Assembly: GCA_023663735.1 (NCBI GenBank)
Contig: JAMPGV010000006.1
Coordinates: 2,496 to 66,495 of the forward strand
Length of the DNA stretch: 64,000 nucleotides
Direction: 5' to 3'
Source: Muribaculum sp.
GTDB lineage: Bacteria; Bacillota; Clostridia; Lachnospirales; Lachnospiraceae
The notes below the pieces were generated by a model. The model saw nothing but the letters and a program-made list of their open reading frames with translations, was not told the DNA's origin and made no database searches. Positions 17,661 through 28,189 of this stretch are shown piece by piece; within the stretch, counting starts at the first letter, position 1; every line of letters starts with the position of its first letter. The translations under genes were made by a program, and so were the position numbers.

Positions 17661-18743
17661 TTACACCGTCTCCAGATATTTCATGTAGTTTACCACCATC
17701 AGCGCAATCTTGAAGGTCAGCGCATCGTCAAAACACCGCAGATCCAGCCCCGTACTCTTCTGAATCTTCTCAATCCGGTACACCAGCGTATTGCGGTGGA
17801 CGAACAGCCGTCTGGAAGTCTCCGACACGTTCAGATTGTTCTCAAAAAATTTGTTCAGCGTGTTCAGCGTCTCCTCGTCCAGCTCCTCTAGCACATGATT
17901 GCCGAAAATCTCCTCGATAAAGAGCTTGCAGAGATTTACGGGAAGCTGATAAATCAGCCTGCCGATACCGAGCGCGCTGTAAGCCGCCACATCCTTTTCG
18001 GCGTAAAAGATTTTACCCACATCCAGCGCCATCTTGGCTTCCTTATAGGATTTGGACACATCTTTCAACTCATGCACCACAGTACCATAGGCCACTCGGA
18101 CATTCAACATCGCCTCCGTATTCATCATGTCCACAATGGTTTTGGCGACCTTCTCCAGTTCCTCCTGACCGTTGTCCTCTTTCAACGTTTTGATGAGGAT
18201 CACACTCTTCTCATCCACTGTGGTGACATGATCTCCCACCTGTCCCGAATACATTCCCTTCAAAAGTTCCGTGACAATATTGTCCTTCTCCTGCTTTGTC
18301 TCCACCAGAAAGACCGCTCTGGGAACCTGCGCTTCCAGATGCAGTTTCTTGGCGCGGTTATGAATATCCACCAACAGCAGGTTGTCCAACAGAAGATTCT
18401 GGAAAAAGCTGTTCTTGTCATAACGCTCCCGATAAGCGATGGAGAGATTCTGAAGCTGGCAGACCGCAATCCTGCCCACCATATACGCATCGTCGCTGAT
18501 CCCTGTCGCCACAAGCACATATTGCAGTTCGCCGTCATCGTAAATTTTCATCAGATGGCGGCTGCCGATCACCTGACTGTCCGCCGGAGATTCTGCAAAA
18601 CTGCCGATCATCTCTGCGGTAAGATCGGCGCTGTCTGCGGTAGAGGCCACCAAAACGCCTGTCGGTTCATAGACGCCCAAGTCTACTTTTGTAATCGCTT
18701 TTAATTCGTCAAGGCTAGTCTGTATCATTTGATTGGAAATCAT
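17661..18743 (-). CDS. CdaR/PucR family transcriptional regulator
   Basis: C-terminal NLNVSETSRRLFVHRNTLVYRIEKI HTH. Confidence 0.9.
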   Translation of the reverse strand: MISNQMIQTSLDELKAITKVDLGVYEPTGVLVASTADSADLTAEMIGSFAESPADSQVIGSRHLMKIYDDGELQYVLVATGISDDAYMVGRIAVCQLQNLSIAYRERYDKNSFFQNLLLDNLLLVDIHNRAKKLHLEAQVPRAVFLVETKQEKDNIVTELLKGMYSGQVGDHVTTVDEKSVILIKTLKEDNGQEELEKVAKTIVDMMNTEAMLNVRVAYGTVVHELKDVSKSYKEAKMALDVGKIFYAEKDVAAYSALGIGRLIYQLPVNLCKLFIEEIFGNHVLEELDEETLNTLNKFFENNLNVSETSRRLFVHRNTLVYRIEKIQKSTGLDLRCFDDALTFKIALMVVNYMKYLETV

Positions 18744-18859
18744 GTCCACTCCCGTCCGTCCGCTCTGGGGACTTTTTTAATTTGAAAACGAGACCGCCGC
18801 ATCGCGGCAGTCTCGCATCAATCAATCCTCTATTCTGTGCATTCCACACATTGCCGAAA

Positions 18860-19972
18860 TTAGTTGGTGATGATCTGCTCGGTCTCTTTGTCGAACACAT
18901 GGATCTTCTCCACGTCCAGAGCGAACTTCACAAGATCGCCGGGTCTCGCATTGGTACGTGAATCCACTCTTGCGGTCATCGGGAACTCATCCAGATCGAA
19001 GTACAGATATACCTCTGCGCCGAGCAGCTCATATACTTTGATGGTGGACTCGAACACGCTGGAAGGAGCTGCCTCAACAAACATTGCGGAATCATGTACA
19101 TCCTCGGGACGGATACCGAATGTAACGGTCTTTCCGTCGTAACCGCCGTCGATCAGCTTCTTGGACTTAGCGGCGGGAAGAGCGATCTGCTTTCCTGCGA
19201 TCTCCAAGCATGCCACATCGCCGTTTACTCTGACAACGGCATCCAAGAAGTTCATCTGGGGAGATCCCATGAATCCTGCAACGAACAGGTTCTGGGGCTT
19301 CTCGTACAGATTCTGAGGCGTGTCAACCTGCTGCACAACGCCGTCCTTCATAACAACGATTCTGGTACCAAGGGTCATAGCCTCGGTCTGGTCATGGGTA
19401 ACGTAAATGATGGTGGTACCCAATCTCTGATGCAGTTTTGCGATCTCAATACGCATCTGCACACGGAGCTTAGCGTCCAAGTTGGACAGCGGCTCGTCCA
19501 TCAAGAATACCTTGGGGCTGCGGACAATTGCACGACCCATTGCCACACGCTGTCTCTGACCACCGGACAAAGCCTTGGGCTTACGGTCAAGGAGCGGGGT
19601 CAGATCCAGTACCTTAGCCGCCTCTTTTACCATTTTATCGATCTGCTCTTTAGGCACTTTTCTCAGCTTCAAGCCGAATGCCATATTGTCATATACGGAC
19701 ATGTGAGGATACAGAGCGTAGTTCTGGAATACCATCGCAATATCTCTGTCCTTAGGCTCTACATCGTTTACCACTCTGTCACCAATCTTCAACTCGCCGG
19801 AGGAGATATCTTCCAGACCTGCGATCATACGAAGCGTGGTGGACTTACCGCAGCCGGAGGGACCTACGAAAATAATGAACTCCTGATCTGCAATTTCAAG
19901 GTTGAAATCCTTAACCGCCTCAAAGCCGTTGGGATATACCTTGCACACATTCTTTAAAGATAAACTTGCCAT
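18860..19972 (-). CDS. msmK: Sugar ABC transporter ATP-binding subunit (MsmK/UgpC family)
   Basis: GPSGCGKST, LSGGQRQRVA, MDEPLSNLD, VTHDQ. Confidence 0.9.
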   Translation of the reverse strand: MASLSLKNVCKVYPNGFEAVKDFNLEIADQEFIIFVGPSGCGKSTTLRMIAGLEDISSGELKIGDRVVNDVEPKDRDIAMVFQNYALYPHMSVYDNMAFGLKLRKVPKEQIDKMVKEAAKVLDLTPLLDRKPKALSGGQRQRVAMGRAIVRSPKVFLMDEPLSNLDAKLRVQMRIEIAKLHQRLGTTIIYVTHDQTEAMTLGTRIVVMKDGVVQQVDTPQNLYEKPQNLFVAGFMGSPQMNFLDAVVRVNGDVACLEIAGKQIALPAAKSKKLIDGGYDGKTVTFGIRPEDVHDSAMFVEAAPSSVFESTIKVYELLGAEVYLYFDLDEFPMTARVDSRTNARPGDLVKFALDVEKIHVFDKETEQIITN

Positions 19973-20149
19973 TGGTATAAACTCCTTTCATGTGTAAATT
20001 TCGGATTATTTTAATAAAGTATATCGGATTTCCCGCGTTTTTACCATACCAGTTTTATACAAATATTTTAATTCTCATTGTGAGAATTGCTTATGAATTT
20101 ACATTTTTTCAAACAACCTTGTCAATTTGTACAAAGGAATCCCGCTTTC

Positions 20150-20875
20150 TTAGTGATTTTGACTAAGCTCTGCGGTTTCCTCCAAATCGTCCCGGAAAAT
20201 CGTCCCGTCCGCTTCCGCCGCGTCCGCTTCCCCGATCTCCTCATTTTCCCCGCTCTGAGCCAAAATCTGCTCCTCCAGACGCAGGAAGAGTTTATTGTAC
20301 AGCTTGGCGGATGCAAACGCCGGGAGCGACAGACTGAACACAAACACCACCGGAAGCACCCGCAGCGAAAAATACAGAATCACATAGGGCAGCGCATAGA
20401 GTATGATCATCAGGATGGTCTTGGGGAACTGTACCACGCTGAACACAAAAGAATTCCAGATGGTCCGTTTGACCGTATTGGAAAATTTGGCCTGCACCGG
20501 AAATACAAACATCAGCGTAAATACGGTCAAAATCCCGAACAGCAAAATCAATGTGCGGACGATGCCGTCGATCTCTATGTCCGTAGTTTTCAAAATGCGG
20601 TAATCCGCTCCCAGCACGGCTGCCACCAGCAGAAACAGCAGCCAGATGACGGTAGACTGCCGGAAATTCTCCTTAAACGCTTTGAAAAATCCCCGGGTGA
20701 TATAGCCTTCCTCATTCCGCACCATCTTCAGCGCCATGTAGTTGAGCGCCGTCAGGGAAGCTCCCGCCGTGACGATGGGAATACAGCAGATCATGGTCAG
20801 AATATTCAGCCACATCAAATCCGCCATCCTGCTCAAAAACTGTATCAAAGGCCCGTCAATATCCAAAAACTTCAT
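20150..20875 (-). CDS. YesL/DUF624 family membrane protein
   Basis: ADLMWLNIL...IPIVTAGASLTAL...FFKAFKENF pattern. Confidence 0.8.
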   Translation of the reverse strand: MKFLDIDGPLIQFLSRMADLMWLNILTMICCIPIVTAGASLTALNYMALKMVRNEEGYITRGFFKAFKENFRQSTVIWLLFLLVAAVLGADYRILKTTDIEIDGIVRTLILLFGILTVFTLMFVFPVQAKFSNTVKRTIWNSFVFSVVQFPKTILMIILYALPYVILYFSLRVLPVVFVFSLSLPAFASAKLYNKLFLRLEEQILAQSGENEEIGEADAAEADGTIFRDDLEETAELSQNH

Positions 20876-20887
20876 CCTGCTTCCTCC

Positions 20888-21397
20888 CTAAAACTCTTTC
20901 TCCATAGACGTGACGCGGATTCCTCCCACCTGCTCCTCCGGCCCCAGCGCCCGAAAGCCGATCCGCTGATAGAATCCCACCGCATAGGGCGCCGCTTTCA
21001 CGGACATGCAATGCTCTCCCAGCTCCGATTTTAAGTATGTATAAAACCGTTCCAGCAGACGCCTGCCGATGCCACGCCTGTGGTACGCCTCATCTACAAA
21101 CAAAAGTGAGAGATGGTTGCGGTTGCGCACCGAAGCGGCTCCCACCACCCGATCCTTGTCAAGCGCCACCATCATCTGGTATTCCCCTCTCAAAAAAGCG
21201 TGAAACAATTTTTCATCCGTTATAAAATCCAAAAAATTCCGAATGCCTTCCTCCGTGTAATCCTCCGCCTCGAACTTCAGAAAAGTACGCCAAATCATCT
21301 TCATGACCGGCTCCCACTCTTCCACCCTCGCCCAGCGGATACAGAAAGGAAAATCCGCCTCCCGCTCCCGGGCTGCGGGTCTCCACTCCCCGCTCAT
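20888..21397 (-). CDS. GNAT family acetyltransferase
   Basis: LFVDEAYHRRGIGRRL, AVGFYQRIGF. Confidence 0.85.
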   Translation of the reverse strand: MSGEWRPAAREREADFPFCIRWARVEEWEPVMKMIWRTFLKFEAEDYTEEGIRNFLDFITDEKLFHAFLRGEYQMMVALDKDRVVGAASVRNRNHLSLLFVDEAYHRRGIGRRLLERFYTYLKSELGEHCMSVKAAPYAVGFYQRIGFRALGPEEQVGGIRVTSMEKEF

Positions 21398-22353
21398 GAC
21401 CGTTCCTCCAAAAGCTTCAGCCGGATCCAGTCATAAATATCCTGCATGACCTGCTCCCCGTCCGCTTCATTCAAAATTTCATGGCGGTCGCCCTCATAGA
21501 GCTTGAGCGCAAGATGTTCCATTCCCACATCCTCCAGAGAGTCGTAAGCCCTCTTTACGCCCTCCCCGTAGTCTCCCACCGGATCGTCCGTCCCCGCCGC
21601 AAAGAACAAAGGCAGTTCCTTCGGAATCTTCTCCAGATTCTCCGTTTTGCGGACGCGGGCGATCAGTTCAAAGAGCGTCCGAAATCCGTTCACCGTAAAC
21701 ACAAAACCGCAGAGCGGGTCGGCATTGTACCTGTCCACATTCTCCTCGTTCCGGCTCAGCCAGTCACTTGCGGTGCGCGGATTGTCGATACGCTTATTAT
21801 AGGCGCCGAACGCCATTTTATCCAGCCACCGGCTCACATGCCCGTCTCCGCAGAACAGCCCCTGCAGGGCTGCCGCCGCCTTGGCCGCCGCCACCAGCGC
21901 GCCGGACTGCATTCCCGTCCCCATAATGACGGCTCCCTGTATCCCCGACCCGTAACGGCACAGATAATTGCGCAGGATAAAAGAACCCATGCTGTGTCCC
22001 AAAATAAAATACGGCACGCCGGGATACAGCGCCTGCGTCGTCTTCTTCAGGCGGTGTACATCCCGCACCAGCACCGTGGCCGGGTCTCGCGGGCAGAAAT
22101 ATCCGTATTTTCCGCCTTCCTCCACGGATTTACCATGTCCCAGATGATCGTCCCCGGTGACCACGAAGCCTCTGTCCGTGAAAAATTCCGCGGTCTTCTC
22201 ATAGCGCTCTATATATTCCGCCATCCCGTGAATAATCTGCAAAACGGCCACGGGACGGCCTTCCTGCAGGTTCCGCCGTTCCGGCTCGTAACGCACCGCA
22301 TGGATTTTACTCTTTCCGTCCCGGGAATCAAAATAAAACTCTGTCTTTTTCAT
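21394..22353 (-). CDS. Alpha/beta hydrolase (lysophospholipase-like)
   Basis: HGMAE, DHLGHG, GHSMGS nucleophile, DPVG, RHEILNE. Confidence 0.88.
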   Translation of the reverse strand: MKKTEFYFDSRDGKSKIHAVRYEPERRNLQEGRPVAVLQIIHGMAEYIERYEKTAEFFTDRGFVVTGDDHLGHGKSVEEGGKYGYFCPRDPATVLVRDVHRLKKTTQALYPGVPYFILGHSMGSFILRNYLCRYGSGIQGAVIMGTGMQSGALVAAAKAAAALQGLFCGDGHVSRWLDKMAFGAYNKRIDNPRTASDWLSRNEENVDRYNADPLCGFVFTVNGFRTLFELIARVRKTENLEKIPKELPLFFAAGTDDPVGDYGEGVKRAYDSLEDVGMEHLALKLYEGDRHEILNEADGEQVMQDIYDWIRLKLLEERS

Positions 22354-22396
22354 TCCTATTCCTCTGCTCTATTTCCTCTGCTCTATCGCATCAAGG

Positions 22397-24406
22397 TCAG
22401 CAGATCTCCGCGCCGGACGGCATCTCCTTCTCCGGCGTCATCAAGGCCAGACCGCCCTCCGCGTCCTCCGCACACAAAAGCATCCCCTCGGACAACACGC
22501 CGGCCAGCGTGGCAGGTTTTAGATTGACCAGCACCATCACCTTCTTGCCTACCATCTCTTCCGGGCTGTAATAGGCCTTGATGCCGGACACGATCTGCTT
22601 CACCTGACTGCCGATCTTCACTTGGCTGCACAGCAGTTTTTTGGACTTCGGCACCGCCTCGCAGGCGATGATCTCACCCACCTGAAACTGCAGCTTGGCA
22701 AAATCATCATAACTGATCTCCGCCTTGGGTTCTATATCAATGACATTGACATCAGTGTCATTCGTCCCCTCCCCGCCAGCCTGCGCGGAAGCCATCTGAG
22801 CAGCTGCAATCTCTTCCTCCTTGGCCAGAACCTCCTTCATATCCAGACGGGCGAAGAGAATTTCCGGCGTATCGGTCACGCGGTTGCCGCTCTCATACAG
22901 GCCAAACTCCTCCAGCCTGTCGAAATCCCGCAGCTCGGTGTGCAGCTGGGCTGCGATCTTTTCTGCGGTATCGGGCATAAAAGGCTCCAGCAGGGACGCA
23001 CCGACCACGATTCCCTCCACCAGATGATAAAGTACGGTGGAAAGCCTGTCCGACTTCGCCTCGTCCTTCGCCAGCACCCAAGGCTCCGTCTCGTCAATAT
23101 ATTTGTTGCAGCGCTTGAAAATGCCAAAAATCTCCGTCAACGCATCCGCCACGCGGTGGGTCTCCATCTTCTCCACCACTTTCGCATAGGCTCCTGTGAC
23201 CGTCTTCTTCAGATCCTCGTCCACCTCGCTGTCTCTGGCAGAGAGCTGCGTCCCCTTGTCGGCCACCACTCCGCCGAAATATTTGTTGCTCATGGAGATC
23301 GTCCGGTTCACCAGATTCCCCAGCGTATTGGCCAGATCGGAGTTCGTCCGCTCCGCGATCAGCTCCCATGTGACATTACCGTCATTATCATAAGGCATCT
23401 CATGCAGCACATAATAGCGCACCGCATCCACACCGAAAAATTCCACCAGATCATCCGCATAGACCACATTGCCCTTGGATTTGCTCATCTTGCCGCCGCC
23501 CATCAACAGCCAGGGATGGCCGAAAATCTGCTTCGGCAGAGGCTCCCCCAGCGCCATGAGGAAAATAGGCCAGTAAATCGTATGGAACCGGATGATATCT
23601 TTGCCGATCAGATGGAGGTCTGCGGGCCACAGCTTCTTGTACTGTCCGCTGCTCTCCCCCTCCGCGTCATAACCGATCCCCGTGATATAGTTGGTCAGCG
23701 CGTCCAGCCACACATAGACCACATGCTTGTCGTCAAAATCCACGGGAATACCCCATTTGAAGGAAGTGCGGGACACACACAGATCCTGCAGGCCGGGCAG
23801 AAGAAAATTGTTCATCATCTCGTTTTTGCGGGACACGGGCTGGATAAACTCCGGATGCTCGTTGATATGCTTGATCAGCCTGTCCGCATACTTGCTCATG
23901 CGGAAGAAGTAGGCCTCCTCCTTGGCGGGCTTCACCTCCCTGCCGCAGTCCGGGCATTTGCCGTCCACCAGCTGGGATTCCGTCCAAAAAGACTCACAGG
24001 GCGTACAGTACAAGCCCTCGTATGCACCCTTATAGATATCGCCCTGATCGTACAGACGCTTGAAAATCTTCTGCACCTGCCTCTCGTGCGCCTCATCCGT
24101 GGTTCGGATAAACTTGTCATAAGACACATTCAAAAGATCACAGAGGCTCCGGATCGTCGCGGCCACCCCGTCCACAAACTCCTTGGGCGTAACTCCAGCC
24201 TCCTGCGCCTTCAACTCAATCTTCTGTCCATGCTCGTCCGTGCCGGTCTGGAAAAAGACCTCATAGCCCTCCTTCCGCTTAAAGCGGCAGATACTGTCCG
24301 CCAACACCACCTCGTAGTTGTTGCCGATATGCGGCTTGCCCGAAGTGTAGGCGATCGCTGTGGTAAGATAATACTTTCCTCTGTAATCTTTCTCTTTATT
24401 TTCCAT
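22397..24406 (-). CDS. metG: Methionine--tRNA ligase
   Basis: PHIGN, Zn knuckle, KMSKSKG, C-terminal tRNA-binding domain; start set to MENKEKD. Confidence 0.97.
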   Translation of the reverse strand: MENKEKDYRGKYYLTTAIAYTSGKPHIGNNYEVVLADSICRFKRKEGYEVFFQTGTDEHGQKIELKAQEAGVTPKEFVDGVAATIRSLCDLLNVSYDKFIRTTDEAHERQVQKIFKRLYDQGDIYKGAYEGLYCTPCESFWTESQLVDGKCPDCGREVKPAKEEAYFFRMSKYADRLIKHINEHPEFIQPVSRKNEMMNNFLLPGLQDLCVSRTSFKWGIPVDFDDKHVVYVWLDALTNYITGIGYDAEGESSGQYKKLWPADLHLIGKDIIRFHTIYWPIFLMALGEPLPKQIFGHPWLLMGGGKMSKSKGNVVYADDLVEFFGVDAVRYYVLHEMPYDNDGNVTWELIAERTNSDLANTLGNLVNRTISMSNKYFGGVVADKGTQLSARDSEVDEDLKKTVTGAYAKVVEKMETHRVADALTEIFGIFKRCNKYIDETEPWVLAKDEAKSDRLSTVLYHLVEGIVVGASLLEPFMPDTAEKIAAQLHTELRDFDRLEEFGLYESGNRVTDTPEILFARLDMKEVLAKEEEIAAAQMASAQAGGEGTNDTDVNVIDIEPKAEISYDDFAKLQFQVGEIIACEAVPKSKKLLCSQVKIGSQVKQIVSGIKAYYSPEEMVGKKVMVLVNLKPATLAGVLSEGMLLCAEDAEGGLALMTPEKEMPSGAEIC

Positions 24407-24480
24407 TTTAACAACCATGCCTTTCCGCAACCTGCGAATTCTTGACAACGAAAAGCGCAGGCTTTTTGTTGTATGCTGCC

Positions 24481-24581
24481 GCAGGCACAATATTTGCAAG
24501 ACGAATCCATTCGTCTCCCCATATAATTAGTTTATTTTTGTACATTCGGATTCCGAAAAATATCGTTTCGCAAATGCCTGC
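24481..24581. mobile_element. Second MITE-like element, in the metG 5' leader
   Basis: Ends gcaggcacaatatttgcaagacg / cgtttcgcaaatgcctgc are imperfect inverted repeats; 27-bp core matches 12734-12760 with one mismatch. Confidence 0.45.
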
Positions 24582-24608
24582 TTTCCGGATAAAAAAGGAA
24601 TTATTAGA

Positions 24609-24637
24609 ATCATAGTACAAAATTCGGTTTACGTCAA
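24609..24637 (-). promoter_or_regulatory. Sigma-A-like promoter of metG
   Basis: Minus strand TTGACG-17 nt-TATGAT. Confidence 0.65.
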
Positions 24638-24650
24638 CTCATAGCGCCCT

Positions 24651-25385
24651 CTACCGTTTATTTTCCGTGGAGAGTCTGCTATACTCCCCCTTTCGGTCAT
24701 AAGAGTCCAGCAGGTAGCTGTCGTCCGTCAAAACGCAGTCGATCTCCTCCTCCGCGCCTTTATAACGGCTGCGCCTGCGCAAATCCTCTTTCGCCCCGCG
24801 CCGGCCGGAATTCAGGGCGTTTTTCCCCGAGAACCTGCCTGCCAGCCGCTCGCCCAGCCTTCCGCCAAAACGCTTGGCCAGCTGCCCGGCCGTATCCCGG
24901 AATTTGATCCTCACTTTCACAAACGGATTCTCCTGCACTTTGCCGGGATCGGAATGCGTCGTGAAATACGGATTGTTGGCCGTCTGCGCCCGGGGATCCT
25001 GCACCGCCGAGGAAGCCGCCGCAATGCCCGTGTCGTGATGCGCGCCCGGATCCGGAACCGCCACGGGATCTGTTCCCGCCGCCCGAACCTCGCTGCCGTC
25101 CATCGGTCTCTGCGTCCCCAAAACCGCGTCTCCCGCCGTCTCGGATCCCCATAGACGCCCCAGCAGGCGCTTGCCGCCCAACAGGGTGTTCCGCAGCATA
25201 TCCATCAGAGACAGACTCTGCGCCTGAGGTTCCTGCATCCCCGTGATTCTGGAAGATACAGAAGAAGACGCACGTATCCCGCCCGCCTTCTCCTTGTCTG
25301 TCCCATGGTCATGAATGCAGCTCGTCACATGATGCGAACTGCTGTGTCCGTTTAAGCCGGAACTGCCAATCCCGCCAACCTGCAT
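24651..25385 (-). CDS. Hypothetical protein
   Basis: Start reset to MQVGGIG (GGGAGG RBS); C-terminal DDSYLLDSYDRKGEY. Confidence 0.6.
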   Translation of the reverse strand: MQVGGIGSSGLNGHSSSHHVTSCIHDHGTDKEKAGGIRASSSVSSRITGMQEPQAQSLSLMDMLRNTLLGGKRLLGRLWGSETAGDAVLGTQRPMDGSEVRAAGTDPVAVPDPGAHHDTGIAAASSAVQDPRAQTANNPYFTTHSDPGKVQENPFVKVRIKFRDTAGQLAKRFGGRLGERLAGRFSGKNALNSGRRGAKEDLRRRSRYKGAEEEIDCVLTDDSYLLDSYDRKGEYSRLSTENKR

Positions 25386-25444
25386 AAAGAACCTCCCAAT
25401 CTTTAGAACCCTTTTGCTCCGCCATTCTCCCCGATCAGATTCCT

Positions 25445-26104
25445 TTAGGATTCCGACTCCATTCTGGCCAGAAGCGTCCGCACATTGCCGCACACATCGC
25501 CCTGAAAGACTGCAGAACCTGCCACAACCACGTTCGCGCCCGCCGCGACGGCCTCCGCCACATTCCCGGCACAGATCCCGCCGTCCACCTCTATGTCGAT
25601 CGGAAGTCCCTTGGCGTCCGCCATGGCGCGCAGCTCCCTGATCTTTGCCAGACACCGGGGGATCAGTTTCTGCCCGCCGAATCCCGGCTCCACCGTCATG
25701 ACAAGCACCAGATCCGCCAGCTCCAGATAAGGCGCTGCCGCCGCCGCGGGCGTATCCGGCTTGATGGTGATACCGGCTTTCTTCCCCTGCGCATGGATGG
25801 CGGCGATGGTCTCTTCCACCTGCTCCGACGCCTCAATGTGGAAATTGATCAAATCCGCGCCGCATTCCGCAAACTCCCGGATATAACGCTCCGGACGCTC
25901 AATCATCAGATGCACGTCAAAGAACAGCTTGGTCCGCTTCCTAAGTCCCGCTATCACGGGCATCCCATAGGAGATTGACGGCACAAACAGTCCGTCCATC
26001 ACATCAATATGAAGCCACTTGACATTCTCCTGTTCCACCTGACGAACCGCTTCCCCCAGATTCCAGAAATCCGCAGATAATATAGATGGCGCTAAGATAT
26101 TCAT
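25445..26104 (-). CDS. rpe: Ribulose-phosphate 3-epimerase
   Basis: APSILSADF, HIDVMDG, MTVEPGFGGQ, VDGG. Confidence 0.96.
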   Translation of the reverse strand: MNILAPSILSADFWNLGEAVRQVEQENVKWLHIDVMDGLFVPSISYGMPVIAGLRKRTKLFFDVHLMIERPERYIREFAECGADLINFHIEASEQVEETIAAIHAQGKKAGITIKPDTPAAAAAPYLELADLVLVMTVEPGFGGQKLIPRCLAKIRELRAMADAKGLPIDIEVDGGICAGNVAEAVAAGANVVVAGSAVFQGDVCGNVRTLLARMESES

Positions 26105-26154
26105 GACAGCCGCTCCTCTTTCAGCCTATTTCCTGCCAAAACGGCAGGAGAACT

Positions 26155-27102
26155 CTATTGCAAAAATTCCTTCACGGACCGATAGACGCCCTCCGCATCC
26201 AGCCCGTATTTTTTCACCAGTGCAGCCGCAGATCCGGATTCACCGAACACATCCTGCATCCCCAGCTTCTTCACGGGAACCGGATGCTTTGCGCACAGAC
26301 AGTCGCACACGGCGCTGCCCAGCCCGCCGATGACGGAATGTTCCTCCACCGTGACCACTTTTCCGGTCTTTTTAGCGCTGTCCACAATCAGCTCCTCATC
26401 CAGCGGCTTGATGGTACAGATGTTGACCACCTCCGCGCTGATCCCTTCCGCCGCCAGCAATTCCGCCGCACCCAGCGCAGAATCCACACAGATTCCGGTG
26501 GCGGCGATCGTCACGTCGCTCCCCCCGCGCACCACGGTTCCCTTTCCGATCTGAAACCGATAGTCCGGCCTGTCGTTGATGACGGGTACCGGAGCGCGCC
26601 CGAAACGGATATAGACCGGACCCACATACTCCAGCGCCGCGCGCACTGCAGCTCTCGCTTCCACCTCGTCGGAAGGACACATGACCACCATCCCGGGAAT
26701 GGTGCGCATCAGCGCGATATCCTCATTGCACTGATGGCTTGCGCCGTCCTCCCCCACGGTAATCCCCGCATGGGTGGCGCCAATTTTGACGTTCAGATGA
26801 GGATAGCCGATGGAGTTGCGCACCTGCTCGAAAGCCCGGCCCGCCGCAAACATGGCAAAGGAACTCACAAAGGGAATCAGCCCCGTGAGAGAAAGCCCGG
26901 CCGCCACGCCCATCATGTTGGCCTCCGCAATCCCGCAGTCAATATGCCGCTCGGGATATGCCTTGCGGAAAATACTGGTCTTGGTCGCCGCCGCGAGATC
27001 CGCGTCCAACACCACAAGCTGGGGAAACTCCTCCGCCAGCTCCTTCAGCGCATTGCCGTAACCCTCTCTGGTCGCAATCTTTTTGATCGTACTGTCTGCC
27101 AT
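26155..27102 (-). CDS. Transketolase C-terminal subunit
   Basis: DADL, GIAEANM, GEDGASHQ, EEHSVIGGLG. Confidence 0.92.
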   Translation of the reverse strand: MADSTIKKIATREGYGNALKELAEEFPQLVVLDADLAAATKTSIFRKAYPERHIDCGIAEANMMGVAAGLSLTGLIPFVSSFAMFAAGRAFEQVRNSIGYPHLNVKIGATHAGITVGEDGASHQCNEDIALMRTIPGMVVMCPSDEVEARAAVRAALEYVGPVYIRFGRAPVPVINDRPDYRFQIGKGTVVRGGSDVTIAATGICVDSALGAAELLAAEGISAEVVNICTIKPLDEELIVDSAKKTGKVVTVEEHSVIGGLGSAVCDCLCAKHPVPVKKLGMQDVFGESGSAAALVKKYGLDAEGVYRSVKEFLQ

Positions 27103-27944
27103 CACCCCTCAACCTCCTTTGCCAGCTCCCTCTCGATTCTATCCAGATCCGCCATGGCCACCTCGAATTCTTCGTCGTTGGGAGCCTTGCCATGCCAGTC
27201 AATGTTGTTTTCCATAAAAGAGACGCCTTTTCCTTTTAAACTGTGCAGCACGATACAGGTGGGCATCCCCTTCATCTCCCTCGCTTCCCGGAATGCGGCG
27301 CGCAGCGCGTCAAAATCATGGGCGTCCGTATTGATCACATGGAAATTAAACGCCTCAAACTTTTTGTCGATGGGATAGGGAGAGCAGACCTGATCGATCG
27401 GCCCGTCTATCTGCAAATTATTATTATCCACTATCACGCAGAGGTTGTCCAGCTTGCGGAATCCCGCGAACATGGAGGCCTCCCACACTTGTCCCTCCTC
27501 GATTTCACCATCCCCTAACAGGGTATACACGCGGAAATCCTTATTCTGCAGCTTTGCGCCCAGAGCCATGCCCGCCGCCGCGGAGATTCCCTGTCCCAGA
27601 GAGCCGGAGGCCATATCGACGCCCGGAATATGCAGATTGGGATGCCCTTGGAGATAAGAACCGAGTTTGCGCAGCGTCACCAGATCCTCCACAGGGAAAA
27701 ACCCTCTGTTGGCAAGCGCCGCATACAGACCGGGAGCCGTGTGGCCCTTGGAGAGTACAAAGCGATCCCTGTCCTCCTTCTGCGGATCTTGGGGATCTAT
27801 ATTCATTTCTTCAAAATAAAGAAACGTAAACACGTCCGCCGCGGAGAGCGATCCGCCGGGATGCCCTGCTTTTGCGCTATGCACCCCCGCAATGATACCC
27901 TTGCGGACGTCATTGGCATGTTTTTTCAATTCCAGATTTGTCAT
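27102..27944 (-). CDS. Transketolase N-terminal subunit
   Basis: GHPGGSLS, LSKGH, GSLGQG, GDGE TPP motif. Confidence 0.92.
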   Translation of the reverse strand: MTNLELKKHANDVRKGIIAGVHSAKAGHPGGSLSAADVFTFLYFEEMNIDPQDPQKEDRDRFVLSKGHTAPGLYAALANRGFFPVEDLVTLRKLGSYLQGHPNLHIPGVDMASGSLGQGISAAAGMALGAKLQNKDFRVYTLLGDGEIEEGQVWEASMFAGFRKLDNLCVIVDNNNLQIDGPIDQVCSPYPIDKKFEAFNFHVINTDAHDFDALRAAFREAREMKGMPTCIVLHSLKGKGVSFMENNIDWHGKAPNDEEFEVAMADLDRIERELAKEVEG

Positions 27945-28189
27945 GTATTCCTCCGTTTCCGAGCAGTCTGCCGCAGAGCAGCCTCTATCCAAACATTCAG
28001 TCCTATCATACCATGAGTTGGGCGGTTCGTCCATGTACAATTTATTTTTTTTGCTTTTTGTCTAAATTATTTTTCACAGCTGATTTGGGGTACCCCGCCG
28101 TCATTGCCGCAACGCCATATGTCTGTCATATCTTCTCGTCCGGCCGCATACAGTCAAATGAAACCTATCTCCTGCAAGGTGATTCTATT

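Noticed and set aside
24407-24608. T-box or SAM riboswitch upstream of metG
   Set aside because: No T-box GGTGGTACC-type motif or SAM-I consensus seen; the leader is occupied by the inverted-repeat element.
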